Positions 1-12,517 of a DNA stretch of 64,000 bases are shown in pieces (position 1 is the stretch's first letter; each line of letters opens with the position of its first letter). The stretch lies in the NCBI GenBank assembly GCA_051362555.1, contig CM120646.1, positions 9,920,001 to 9,984,000 of the forward strand, in the 5' to 3' direction. This DNA comes from Lingula anatina. Its lineage: Eukaryota; Animalia; Brachiopoda. The translations under genes were made by a program, and so were the position numbers. The notes beneath the pieces are model-generated. The model saw only the letters and a list, made by a program, of their open reading frames with translations. It was not told where the DNA came from and did not search any database.

Positions 1-856
1 TATTTTTTTTTAATATCAGACATGCTTAAACTGTCGGTCTGATCGGTCATGACCGGGAAAATTTGTCTGGACCGGTAAAAAATTGGACTTGTTCGGTCCA
101 AAGGACCAACAAGAGTTTTAAGAGCCGCAATTTTGAATTTACAGTCATCATTCGACATCTGTCACTAATAAAATTGCTGTTAAAGATAAGTGTTAAGTGA
201 GTAGATGCATCAAATCATTGTCACTAAACCTGACCAGATGCCACCAAATAGTATAAATTAAATTACAACAATACGATTGTATTTGTACTACCAGTGTGAG
301 CATGGTTTAAGTCCCGACCCGTCTTGTTTGGCTTCACTGGCTCCGGTTCATGTCAACAGATACAAATCACTGTGACCACCTCACCTCCTAGACTACAACA
401 GCCTGTGTCCCCATCTCTTGGAATTAGGTCACATAAAATCTCAACTTGAACTCTGTACATTTTGGGCTCTGTTCGTGCATTTGCCTAGGTGTGACACTCT
501 TCATTATGTACCTTTGAAAATTAAATGCTAAATATCTCCCAAATCAAGTGAAGTATGGGAAAAGATACTAAAGGTGTCAGACTGAAAGTCATATAGGACA
601 ATTTCAAACTTGACTCTGGGTTTGACCTTTATTTTAAGGTCAAATGGACCAAAATTATGGAAAATTGTTATTTTCTGCCAAAAATATTACATTTGTTTAT
701 ACCAAGGTAGGTAGAGACCAGGTCAGACATGACAGTTTCATTATTTGCATCGCTAGTTTTGTTAAGAAAAAAACCATGACCTGGTGAATCCATTTACTGG
801 TAAATCTACCAAATATTACTGTTAGAGCCCTATTGTTGTCATGAAAAGTGAAATGC

Positions 857-1612
857 TATTTATGAACAGACACAAATGTGGCTGTACATATAGCCATCAC
901 CTGTATCTGATGTCATCATTGATGTTGTCGCACACTTTCAGCGATAACACATTTGAATTTGAAATTTTGGAACTGATGAATATTCGTAAAATACAGGTGG
1001 AGTTCGAAAATCAGCATGATCAGACTATTTTTAAAGCAGCATGAGCTGATGTTAAAACTTTGAATAAAATCTGTGCATTTACAGTTAAACAGTTAAGTTC
1101 TTTTAAAATCAATGTCATGTGATTCCCAGTAGAAGTCCTGAGTAAGTAGATGAGTTGAGATATTTTGGATGCGTTGTAGTTTCTTTGTTCAGAGAACACA
1201 TTTCATGTAAAACTGTTTGACCTATTATCTTAAAACTTAAAGTACTGATAAATAGACTCAGATACAGCTTGTTCTAAAACCAGCCTGATTAAATTATTAT
1301 TATCATTTATTTATTTATTTCATTTGTTTATTCTTTTAAAGATATGCATTTTTTTATTTTATTTTATTTATTTTTTTGTGTGTGAGTGTGTGAAATGTTC
1401 ATTTTTCAAGGTGTGACTTTGAACTTCAATGGGCCTGAAGGCCTTTGCTAGTCATTTCTAGATATCCATATACTTATTATGTCATGTTATAAAAATCTGT
1501 GGTGATAATGCTGTTTAGCATAATGTATTTTATCAAAATTTCCAAAAAAAATCTATTTTGTGCATCATTTCTGCTTTTTATCTGTACATTTGACACCTCT
1601 GCTGCCTTGTTT
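857..1612 (+). mobile_element. HINE/DINE-1-like non-autonomous repeat copy
   Basis: Shares 5' (tttatgNacagac..ctgtaca), internal (acaggtcgagtttgaaaatcagc) and 3' (tctgtacatttgaca..gctgccttgt) blocks with other copies. Confidence 0.6.
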
Positions 1613-1845
1613 AAGGATACTGGTTCAATCAGTTCAATCATTATCAGTCTGTCTGTTTGACATCTGGACTACCTTAGTTTTTAAATTTTGATGTGAAAAA
1701 GGAAAATTATGATAATTTCAGATAAGACAATAAAATCTTCCATACAGATTGATTTTCAATATTTGGTCATCCACCAGTTAGGCAGACTTTCATAAACAGT
1801 TTTCATTAAACAAAATATGTCAAAAGAACACTTGTCTTCCTTTAG

Positions 1846-1947
1846 AAAAAGTTGGAAAGTGAGCTCAAGCAGATTGAAGAAAAGCATGAAGAAAAGAAAA
1901 GAAAATTCATCGAATCCAGTGAAGAATTTCATCGTGATCTGAAAAAG
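1846..1947 (+). CDS. SMARCE1: SMARCE1 exon, coiled-coil
   Basis: cctttag|AAAAAG...AAAAAG|gtatct; 34 codons. Confidence 0.92.
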
Positions 1948-4900
1948 GTATCTTACTTTCAGGTTTATACTATATTGAAGTTTGTTGTTTTGTGAATACC
2001 TTTACTGTCTTACCTAAGAAAAAATATTCAGTAGCTTTACTAGCAGAGGACATGTCAGGGGAATCTGTTGGTGATTGGAGGACTGTGCCCACCGTGCAGG
2101 GGGCTTAAAACGATCTAGAAGTAGTATGTACACTTTCTTGTGTGAAAAATTTACTAAAAATAATTTGAATCCTTATTTCCTCAGCTGTGTGAAAACAAAC
2201 CAGTGATTACTGAGGAGCAATTCACTGAGATGATAGAGAAAGCCAAGGTAGACCTCATAGAGAGGCAGAAGCAGATGGCCATTATGCAGCAACAGGAGCG
2301 AGAACGCCGTGAGAAAGAAGAGCAGGAACGAAAAGAGCGTGAAGAAGAAGAGAGACTGGAGATGGAGAAGCAGCAGGAGGCAGAGAGGAAGCAGCAAATT
2401 ACTGAGGATGAACAGCATGCAGGCAAGACTGACAGTGAGACTCCAGGGGAAGAGACTGGGGACACTGACATGCAAAAAGCACAGGTGGGTAGATACCAGG
2501 TCCGACAAAACAAATTCATTACTTGCATCAATTTGTTAAGGAAAGAATCATGGTCTGGTGAATCCATTTATTGCTAAATCTACCAATATTACTGTTGCTA
2601 GAGCCCTACACTTTTATTGTTACCATGAAAAGTGAAATACTTTTTATGTACAGATACAGATGTGAATGTACATTTAGTTGTCGCCGTGCACTTTTAGTGA
2701 TAATACGATAAGTGAAAATCAGTTTTACCTTTTGTCTTGGAACTTACACCCTGAGCTTCACAGATAACTTGACACTAACCTCTTCACTAAAGGGAATTTA
2801 GGCTTGTACAGTTGTATCTCAGCAGTTTCAGACATTTACAACTGAATAACCTAGCTAGAGTCACCTAAACAGAGCCTCCACCTCAACCTGATAAGTTAAC
2901 CAAATGAATTATGATTAGTTGGGTGTGTATGTGGAAGGTCAAAACTCCATTTGGGAATGAAAACGGCATAAGCAAAATTAATGTTTTTCATTGAAGTGAT
3001 CTTGAAAATGGTTTTTAATAGATAATAATGCAGTTACTCCTTTCAGATAAAAGGGGATACACATCCAACACAAAATGGTGCTATGGAGAAAACTTATGGT
3101 ATGGAATTACTGCATTTTTTACTCTGTTCGGTAAACAATGTATGTGTGTTGTATAAAAAGAAGCATATGTTAAATGAAGATCCCTTAAATGTTAACAAAA
3201 GAAAGGGATATTAACTTGATGTTAATTAAACATGTGAATGTATAACATTTTGATGACAAAGACTGCCTGTTGAAATGAAAGCCAGTTGGAAAACTGTCTC
3301 CCACCAAGTTTCTACAGTTAGTTTTTTATTCCAGGCCTAGAGAAGATGGAGACAGATGATGGGCCTCCAACTCTTAAGAAGATGGGTGATACTCCACTGG
3401 GCAGTCCAAACAACCAGGCTGAGAGCATGGCACAGCTGGAGCGGGTCAAATCTCCTGCAAATGGGGGCTATAAAGAAAGCACAAAATCTCCTGTGAAAGA
3501 AGGCTGGAAAGATGAGTACCCAAACCAGAAATCCCCAGGGCGAGACAGGCGGGAGGAGGAACGTTTTCCAGAGGAGAATAGACGTGATTTTGAAGATCTG
3601 AAGTCCCCAGCATCCATGGCCAGTACAGTGTCCTACACAGAGGACGATGACTATGAGGATGAAGAAGACGAGGAAGAAGACAGTGGCTGCTTGGGTAAAT
3701 CAAAGACAGCAGACAAGGAGAAAAAGAAAGAGAAAAAATCCAAGAGTAAAAATAGGAAGAATGGTGAGGATAGTTAATTAAATTTTGATTTATTTTAGCC
3801 TTGCCAATTTTAATGATTGAAATAGTTGTCTTTGCACCACTAATTAAGTGCTTAATAGTGGTAGTCAAGTGTTCAATTAAGATGATTAAATAAACACTTA
3901 AAGCTTAATATGAAGTGAGATGGATAAATTCAGTTAATGTTGCATCAGAGATTTGAAGGAGGGAAATGCTATTAATTATTCAGCTAGAAATAAAGATGGC
4001 AGATTCGTGGCATTGATTCAATGAAATGTGCTTTTATATGTACAGACACAGTGTGTCTGTACATATAGCTGTCAACTGCCTCTGTTGTGGACACCGTGCA
4101 CATTTTCATGTTATCACACAATAAGTGGAAGACCTGTTGTCTTCAAACTTACAGGGCTGCTGAAGATTGCGAAAATACAGGTCATGTTGTAAAACCAGCC
4201 TGATTAGAGCCTTTTTCCAAAAGTCATTTTTGTTTGTATGCAATACAGATAGCATATAAGTGGAAAACCAGTTGACCTTTTGTCCTTCACTTTTAGGAGT
4301 GATCAATATTAATAAAGTACAGGTCGAGTCTGAAAGCCAGCTTGATAGGATTACATTTCTTGAAGTTATGCTTTTATGCTTTTTAAAAGTTGTTAAGCAT
4401 CAAAGTTGACACAAAACCCTATTTTGGTCACTGCCACAATAATGACCATTAAAGGAAAACCATGTTACATATGATTCTCAAACTTACAGAAAAGTTTCAC
4501 AGGACTACTTTCCTAACTAACAAGAATAATTCTAACATACAGCTCAAATTGGACAACCTATTTGATAGGTTTTTTTGTGTGTGTTTGTGAAATTTTCAGA
4601 TTTGTCGTTTTGGCATTTTCAGTGTGTTAATATGAACTCCTATGGGCCTTAAACCTTATGCTATTTACTTATTCCTAATATTTGTGTTACTGGTTGTGCA
4701 TAATTAAAATTTGGTGTTAATTTTGCTGTTAAGCATAATTTATTGTTGCATCTATCATTTATGTTAAATCTGGTCAACACAATTATGCAAAGACACAAGC
4801 ACTAACAAAAACAACAATAAAAAAACTTTGGGTATATAGAAGGATGATAAGGATAGCATAGGCTGAACACAAAAGTAATGAGGAAGTACTAAATAATCTT

Positions 4901-7747
4901 AAAATAAAAAGATAATTGTTGAACACCATCAAGAAAACAAAAATTACTTTTTTGGTAGTTTCATAATAAAAGATAATTTGCAGCAGTTGTTATTAAAAGG
5001 AAAGTTAAATTGAAAACAACGAAAGGACGACCATGAACAACATGGATAGACAACATTTAAAAATCGACCATTCAAAAATATAGTGAAAACATGCAAGTGG
5101 CACGAGATCCAGTGGCATGGCGATCCATGGCAGCCAGCCTGCTGAGAATGGATGTCACCCAATGATGATTATTGCATCAAAATTGATAAAATAACCTATT
5201 TTGTACATCTTTTTTTTTTCTATTTGTCTGTACATTTGACAGCTTTGCTGCCTTGTGGTTTTAATGAGGTTGATTTTGATTAATAATTAGTACTGAAAAG
5301 TAAGAGAAAATGAATATGAGAGATAGAGATGATAAATAGAAGAGGGACCATTATTTCTCTCTATCATGTTGTGCCGCAGCATATCTCTCTACGTCTCTGC
5401 TTCCTTAAAAGGTTACCAGGCCTTTACGTGTAGTAACAAATTCACTTGATTTTTCACCCAGCTTTTTGTATGTTGCCAGCAATATCTCAGAATTTCAACC
5501 ATTCTGTTTATATTTGAAATATCTTCCATTTTTAAAACTGTCCAGAACAATATATACATATATAGTTCAAGAATTTCTGGTTGCCCTTGCTCAGCCATCT
5601 ATCAGATAATCTTTTTTCAAGGTAATTGCAACTAGTCATTACTTCAGTATTTGTGAACATGTAATGTACTGTAGCTATGTGAATGGGCCTGTTCAGAACC
5701 AGTTGATCTGCGGACAATGGATCAAAAATGGTGTGGCCCACTTGAAAGAATGCAGAGATTTAATTGCTCTGCCCCTACAAAGACAGGAGCGCCATTATTG
5801 ATCTCTGGACTAGTTTGTCCAAGGATCAACTGGTTCTGAACAAGCCTTATGGTCACTTACTCTGAGAAACCCATAACCTCAGTTTACATAATTGCACTGT
5901 GTCAGCTCTAGAGGCTAACTTGGCTGTACTGTTCACATTCAGTTTTTTGTTCATTTACAGATTCATTTTTAACAACCTATAGAATGCTTGATACATTCTA
6001 CTGGTGTGGTCTATATATGAGATGGTGCATTTATTTTTCTTTACTCATTTGAAATGAATTTATAAATTTGCTGTGAAGATGTATTTTTTTATTACATTGG
6101 ACATCCCTTTAGCTCTTTATCATTTGGGTGTTGTTGTATACCTAAGCACAGACAGTGTGCAAGTGGCTGAGAGCCTAGTAACTGTTAACATTCCTTACTT
6201 AATGTAAAACAATCTGGGTGTCTGTTAGCTAGACAGCCCAATAGAATTGTTGATGTTTATACCCTGTTCACACTATGACCATTTATCTAAATAACAAATC
6301 ATTTCGCGATTCAGATAATTGTGTGACTGCATGGGGATCTCTGTTAACCAGTTTCTTAAAATCCTGCTAGCCGGCTAGATTTCTGATAGTGATTCAAGTA
6401 ACTTACTGGAACGCAAACCTGGTTAGGACTTACTGCTCATCTGTGCAAAAATGCACTGGTATCTATGGGCACTTGTTTATTTCCTTAATAAATGCACTAA
6501 AAGCATTTGGAGGTCACCACTCACTACAACAAGGTGGAAATGTAAATTTATGTTGCTATTTGAGTTCCCAGAATATCTGGAATGTCTTTTGAGTTGCACT
6601 TGCTATAACAAATAAAAACAACAGCAAAAAGCAGAGTTCCAATGGTAGAGCTGTTAATGGTGCCACATTTTTGTATGATTGAAGTTTTCCTGTGTGGTGC
6701 ATGCATGATTGTTCTTAACAAAGAAATCCACTTGGATTTTTTTTTTCAACGTTGGATTCAATTAATTTTGCCATGTGTACACAGGGAAGCAAATTAGCTT
6801 TTTTACCAGAAATAAGAATTTGAAAAATCTGGATTTTTCCAGATGGCAGTGTGAACAGGGTATATAGAGGGGACAGCACTTAGGAGGAAAATACATTTTT
6901 TAAACAGAGATTCCTTTTAGATTCCCTTCTCTGTCAGATAGCTGAGCTATCCTAATGGTGCACATTCAGTGCAATGTCTTATTATTTTTTTTCACACATT
7001 GGTATTTTCATGATATGATTTTAACTCTCATGAGCCTGAAGCACAGAATTAAAAATTGGTGGTGTTGATCCTTTTAAGTACTGTGCTTTGAAAAAACATT
7101 TTGTTCACTCCCCATATTAATACCATAAAAGGAAAACTGCATTACTTAATATTTTCAAGCTTACAAGACAGAATCTTAGGATCAAAACACAGCTTGAGTA
7201 TGGACCCATTCAGAACAGATGATCTGCAGACTAACTGGTCTGCTGATTAAATATGACCGACCCCACTTGAAAGCAATGCCCCTTGTTCCCTAATGCTGCC
7301 TTCCACACACCCCAGGCCTGTAGGGGCACAGCAATTAAATGCATTAAATCTCAGCTCTGAGTTTTAATTACTAGGCCCCTGCAGGGCCAGCCATGTGGTA
7401 GGTAGGGAGACCATTTACTCTCAAGTGGTGTTGGCCATATTTGATCCGTGGACCAGTTAGTCTGCAGATCATCTGTTAAATGATGCCTGGTTGGGAATTT
7501 CAACCTGTATCCATCAAACAATATATGCATTTTGTATTGGTGGTTTGTCAGAATGCAATAAGAAACTGTAGACATTAAGAAACATATTTAGTTCTCTTGG
7601 GGGGTCCATGCTTGTTGTCAAATTGAAAATTTGCTGAATTTCTATGTAAGAATATTTTGAAACTATACCCATCCCACTTGTCTAGGTGTCTTTGAACCTG
7701 TTCCCTTTTTTATTTCTGTGTATATGCCATCCTCAGTACCTGGTGTC

Positions 7748-7794
<47 letters not shown>

Positions 7795-9516
7795 TCTTTG
7801 TACATTTAATTTCATTTTTGCAGGGGTATGATATCCCCTGGTGTGGATTGGGTTTTATGCAAGATACAAAATGTTCTTTTTTAATACTGAGACCTTTAAA
7901 GAAATAACTTGTATCGCACAGTGCTTTCAAACAAAAGACAACCACATTTCTACAACGTCACCCTAATTGTTATACATGTTACAGCTTCAGGCACTTCACA
8001 CTATTGGTGTGGACGTCTGTTCTATGTTGCAGAATTAGAAATGGAACAGGAATTTCTGAAAAAATTTAAAATATTGGAACAAATACTATATGAAACTGAA
8101 TTTGATCAAAATATTGATGCTTTGCCTTCAGTGTTCTGAATCAGTTACCCCTCATCCACTCATTGAAAACATTCCAAAATTGTTGAATAGATTTTGTCCT
8201 GTCAGTTATTCCTTGTCACTAGATGTCATTAAAAATTAGTATCATTTTCTTTAACTTTTGAAAGTTATACAAGTCAGACGTAACCCATGCTTATAAGTTA
8301 AAAAATATTTTAGAAATTTCATCTCCTGCGTAATTTCTCTTTTTATTATTTTTTTATATATATATATTTTATTCCTCATAATTTGTTACTGTCTTTTATA
8401 TTATGATACTTATTATTTGACAGCAATTTGCATTGTTTATGAACTTTTCTCTTGGTCCAGGCATTGCAGGTCTTAGATTGTGGACTGCTAATTAAGTAAG
8501 AACTCTAGCTGTCTGTTGTATCAGTGTTGTGGATTAGTAGAACTAGATTGATGTGGTATATGGGTGTCCTGTGTTTAGGGGTAGAGAGAAATTAGTTTTT
8601 GATTTAACAGGATGTCTCCTCTTATTTAACGTTGTATGAAATTGGGGCTATGTATGTATACTGTAATTTGTAGCATTATTTAAGTGTAGTTGATTCCATA
8701 TGCTCAAAGAAAGAGAAGTAGTTTAAATAGGAGAATGCATGAAAAGAACTTGTGAAATGAAATGATTAAATATTAGTTTTCTCTGCCACAAATAACTGGT
8801 AGGAGCTAACCATTTGAACATTTTGAACCTATAACAAATAACTTCTCTTCAGAATAAAACACTGTTGTCATGGTAACCATGCATGTGCAAAGACAACCTG
8901 ATGCTGCAGTAATCAAGATACATGTTACTGTAATACCATCATATTAGTATTATAATTGTACAGAGTATTCTATTCTTCTTTATGTTGTAGAGCAGTTACC
9001 ATTCCAGGGTAAATAAAGTCTGTATTTATGTATTTCTTATGAATTGTTAGTTAATATATGTTGTCCATGTGAAGGTAGAAAAAAAGCTTATGGTAGTTGT
9101 CCTAAAATTTCAAACAGCAAATAAATGTTCAAATTTTCTTACCACCCAGCCATTCACCATGTATCAGTTTTTGGTGTTTGAAATTTTAGAGCAATTTCCC
9201 CAATGAGTGAAAATTTTGAGAACAAAAATTGAGACTGTTTGAAATTTTAGACCACTAACCAAGCTGTCTTTCTGCACTTCCAGATGGCGACGTTCCGCGA
9301 CCCCATATTTGTGAGGTTTGCACCAAGGCATTCAAGCATCGCCACCATCTCATTGAGCATACTCGCTTGCACACAGGCGAAAAACCATACCGCTGTAACC
9401 GCTGCGGTAAGAGATTCAGTCATAGTGGATCCTATTCACAACATATGAAACATCGCTTTAAATACTGCAAAACCAAAGGGGGTGCTGGTAAAGAGGAAGA
9501 AGATGATAGTGAATAG
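1846..9516 (+). CDS. SMARCE1: SMARCE1/BAF57, 3' part (5' exons upstream of window); exons 1846-1947, 2185-2484, 3047-3098, 3335-3763, 9284-9516
   Basis: [36 protein letters not shown] matches the BAF57 coiled coil (vertebrate [36 protein letters not shown]), followed by an acidic tail; all junctions are GT-AG and phase-compatible (0,0,1,1). Confidence 0.85.
2185..2484 (+). CDS. SMARCE1: SMARCE1 exon, E/R/K/Q-rich helix
   Basis: tcctcag|CTGTGT...GCACAG|gtgggt; 100 codons, [13 protein letters not shown]... Confidence 0.88.
3047..3098 (+). CDS. SMARCE1: SMARCE1 small exon ([17 protein letters not shown])
   Basis: cctttcag|ATAAAA...TATG|gtatgg; 52 nt, converts phase 0 to the phase 1 required by the next exon. 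Confidence 0.65.
3335..3763 (+). CDS. SMARCE1: SMARCE1 exon, acidic/KSP-repeat/Lys-rich tail (read-through stop at 3775-3777)
   Basis: ttattccag|GCCTAG; ORF 3346-3777; donor AATG|gtgagg at 3763/3764. Confidence 0.8.
4033..5257 (+). mobile_element. HINE/DINE-1-like repeat copy, interrupted by unrelated sequence ~4760-5165
   Basis: Same 5', internal and 3' blocks as the 11867-12517 copy. Confidence 0.55.
5686..5846. mobile_element. Short inverted-repeat element (MITE-like); related sequence near 7200-7480 and 19200-19270
   Basis: ggcctgttcagaaccagttgatc ... gatcaactggttctgaacaagcc. Confidence 0.55.
7748..7794. repeat. (TAT)n microsatellite
   Basis: Directly visible. Confidence 0.95.
9284..9516 (+). 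CDS. Terminal exon with two ZEB/Zfh1-type C2H2 zinc fingers
   Basis: cacttccag|ATGGCG; (D)[62 protein letters not shown]...EEEDDSE*; not in the ORF track because that frame has no start codon. Confidence 0.9.
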
Positions 9517-10633
9517 TAAGCAAAGAGACAAGTCCAACAGCCATGACATAATATGCAGGACTTCCATCTGTTTACAGTACTTACCCGTCTTGCTCATCAT
9601 TTCAATTTCTTGGTGGCTGATTATGTCCCAGAAGCAACATGACCTTCACATGATCACACACAATGTTCCAGTGTCACAGGGTTCACAGTTGGCAAGAGAT
9701 GTCTCCAACCAGGCAAATGGAGACTAAGGATTGCAATGTGATTAAGTACAAAATAGAAAAAAACTACAAATCTGCAACATTGGGGAATTTCTTTTACTTA
9801 CAGACTGTCAATTATCAATTCCAAACTCAAGAATACCTTAATAATACTTTTAAAGACATGTTTGTTTGCATAAGCCGAGTGAATATTTCCCCTGTATTAT
9901 CAAAAATGAAAAAAAAAAATGCAATTTGAATTTGAGAACTTGGCTGGCCCTTCAAATGCTTAATGCATGGTGGAAGTTGTTTATAAGCTGTAAATTTTGG
10001 CCAATTTGGGATGATTTCATGCTTGAGTATATATTTAAAGATGTTACTTATATTCAAGAGTTTTAAGTATTTTTCGAGCTAAAATTCGCCAAGTAGAGTA
10101 ATTTACAAGCCCCCCTCACCCCCATGCTGTAATATATTAGAAATCTCGCACTGGCAGAAGAATCTCAGTGTTGTCATCTCCACATCTCTAGCCCTGGCAT
10201 TAACACTGGGAAGGCTTTCATGTAATCTCATTACTATATATGGAAAAATGCCTCGCACTAGTATTAGGCCTCTCGTTTTTAGTAAAAAAAAAAAACTGAA
10301 CCAAGACAGCTGCAGCTACGTGTCTTAACAAGAGTAAGTCTTCATCTGTGAACAGGTGGATTGAAGAATAGGGCTGGCTGATCTGGCTCAGCACAGTAGG
10401 AAAAGTGAACTTCCACATTCATTTGCTTGAGTATATTTCATTTAAAATTTATTGTTCTTAACTGGTAGATAGAGAATTCTTGTTGTTTAGGCATGTGGAG
10501 CTTTTTCTCCTCCCTCACTCATCAGATCTCATGTGTCAGGGAATGGCATAATTTAGACAATACTTGTTCTTTTTATATACAGACATGGTCTGGATATACT
10601 CTAATCTCCAGTCTTTAATGATGTCGTCTGAAG

Positions 10634-10678
<45 letters not shown>

Positions 10679-11689
10679 CACCATCCTGTATTCCTCCCAA
10701 CTCCACAAACCATCTGGTAGTGTTCTATTAATAACTGTCAAGGTCTTTCCCCACCCCCAGTATTTCCCTCTTCTCTTCAAACTATTTGGTAGTGTTTTAT
10801 TCATAATTAATTGTCAAGATCTCCCCCCTCCTCTTTAAACCTTCTAAGAGTGTTCTGTTCTCTAGCACATGCATTGCATCAGGTCATGTTTTGAAAGGCA
10901 GCTCATGACGTGCAAATGTTTAGCGGTTTAAGATTTTTTTTATATCTGTATACTGACCAGCTTTGCTGCATTGTTATTCCTCTTTTACTATTTATTATTT
11001 TTTGCCTAAACTTTTTTAAAGTCAGTCTCATTGTTTATGCATCATTTTATCAGAACAAAGGCATTTAATGTTTCATAAACATAACTTTGTATCAGGCACA
11101 TGTACTTTTTGTAAGGCAACTGTCTTACATTAGGGCATAATATTTGATATTGCACTGCAAACATGCTGTCACCAGCAACACTAGACCCATAAAGGGTTCC
11201 CAGAGTCAGTGGTGGATGTCAGGTGTGATAGGTGAAGGGCACTATAGTCACAAACTAGACAGACAAGTTGTGCTGGAAGTAGAAGTGTTTATCATAATGC
11301 ATTCATATTATGTTAATTAAGTTTGCACAACCCTGTCACATGCAGTCACTTAACCTATACCAAACAGTGTGTCTCTCACCATGAATTGAGCAGAAATTTA
11401 GTACCTTTAAAGGTTGAAGCATTCCAAGCCAGGATTTAATGGATTTGGCCAGGGTAAACAGCATTTTTTTCCTGACTTACCCACCTTTTTCACATTTGCC
11501 ATAACTCTGTAAGTTTAGGAAAAAGCAAAAGATCAAAACCAGAATGAAAGCATAGGTTTTCTAGATACACTATTCATTCCATAACTCGACTTCCAGATAT
11601 TGCTAGCCTTTTATGCTGGATATGACACAAGAACCCATGTTATTTTCAATCTGTGTCAAGATGGCTGACCACCAAGGTTGGACAGGGGG

Positions 11690-11732
<43 letters not shown>

Positions 11733-11866
11733 CATATTGATTAAGACCATCTATATGTTTTAAAAGTTATAATTGTCGACATATAAGTTCAACAAGAAGC
11801 AATGCATGCACTCTTAATTTTTTCAAAATACTGACTTGGATTGCTTTAAACTGTATAGATATGCTC

Positions 11867-12240
11867 TTTTTTTATGTACAGACAGATGTGGCTGTACAAA
11901 GCTGTCACATGCATCTGTTGTTGCTGTCGTCATCGTCCTTGCTGTGCACTTTCACTGTTATAGCGATAAGTGGTATACCATTTGACTTTTTGTCTTCAAA
12001 CTTCCAGAACTAATGAATATTCACAAAATACAGGTCAAGTTTGAAAATCAGCTTGAGTGGACAATTTTTCCAAAGTTGTACTGTTTTATTCCAACATATT
12101 TATCCACTGTTATACAATAAAATGAAAACCATGTTCTATTTTTCTCTAAAACTTGCAGGACAGTAGACTTATTCAGAGGACTAATATACAGGTCAAGTTC
12201 CAAAACTATCTTGATTGGTTTAGTTTTGAGAAGTTATGCT

Positions 12241-12288
<48 letters not shown>

Positions 12289-12517
12289 GGATTTTCCTCA
12301 GAGACGGTTCTTAGGTATGTTAACAGTTTCATTATTGATATAATTAAAAATTGATTATGTAAAAAAGTTGGTAATTCTGTTATTGTGTAGTGTATAATAA
12401 TGTGTCAACAATGGAAAAATGCCATTTAGCATAATATAATGTTGCTTTTAAATTGACAAAAAATATTCAATTTTCCTGCTTTCTGTCTGTACATTTGACA
12501 GCTTTGCTGCTTTGTTT
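11867..12517 (+). mobile_element. HINE/DINE-1-like repeat, apparently full-length copy
   Basis: T-run insertion site, subterminal inverted repeat atgtacagac/gtctgtacat, 3' stem-loop cagc-ttt-gctg, no target-site duplication. Confidence 0.65.

Noticed and set aside
2173-2567. Minus-strand hydrophobic/Ser-rich ORFs (also 3446-3868)
   Set aside because: Antisense shadows of the purine-rich SMARCE1 exons
7822-7907. Extra exon after tttttgcag within the SMARCE1 last intron
   Set aside because: The phase-1 reading hits a stop after two codons; no supporting homology
9284-9516. Calling this a stand-alone ZEB/Zfh1 gene
   Set aside because: Only two fingers are present; no other ZEB exons lie between it and SMARCE1, and the ATG at 9284 is out of frame with the fingers
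10164-10210. miR-200a/141-like precursor (taacactg in a hairpin)
   Set aside because: Seed-like sequence is at the stem base, the stem is too short, and the rest does not match the mature miRNA
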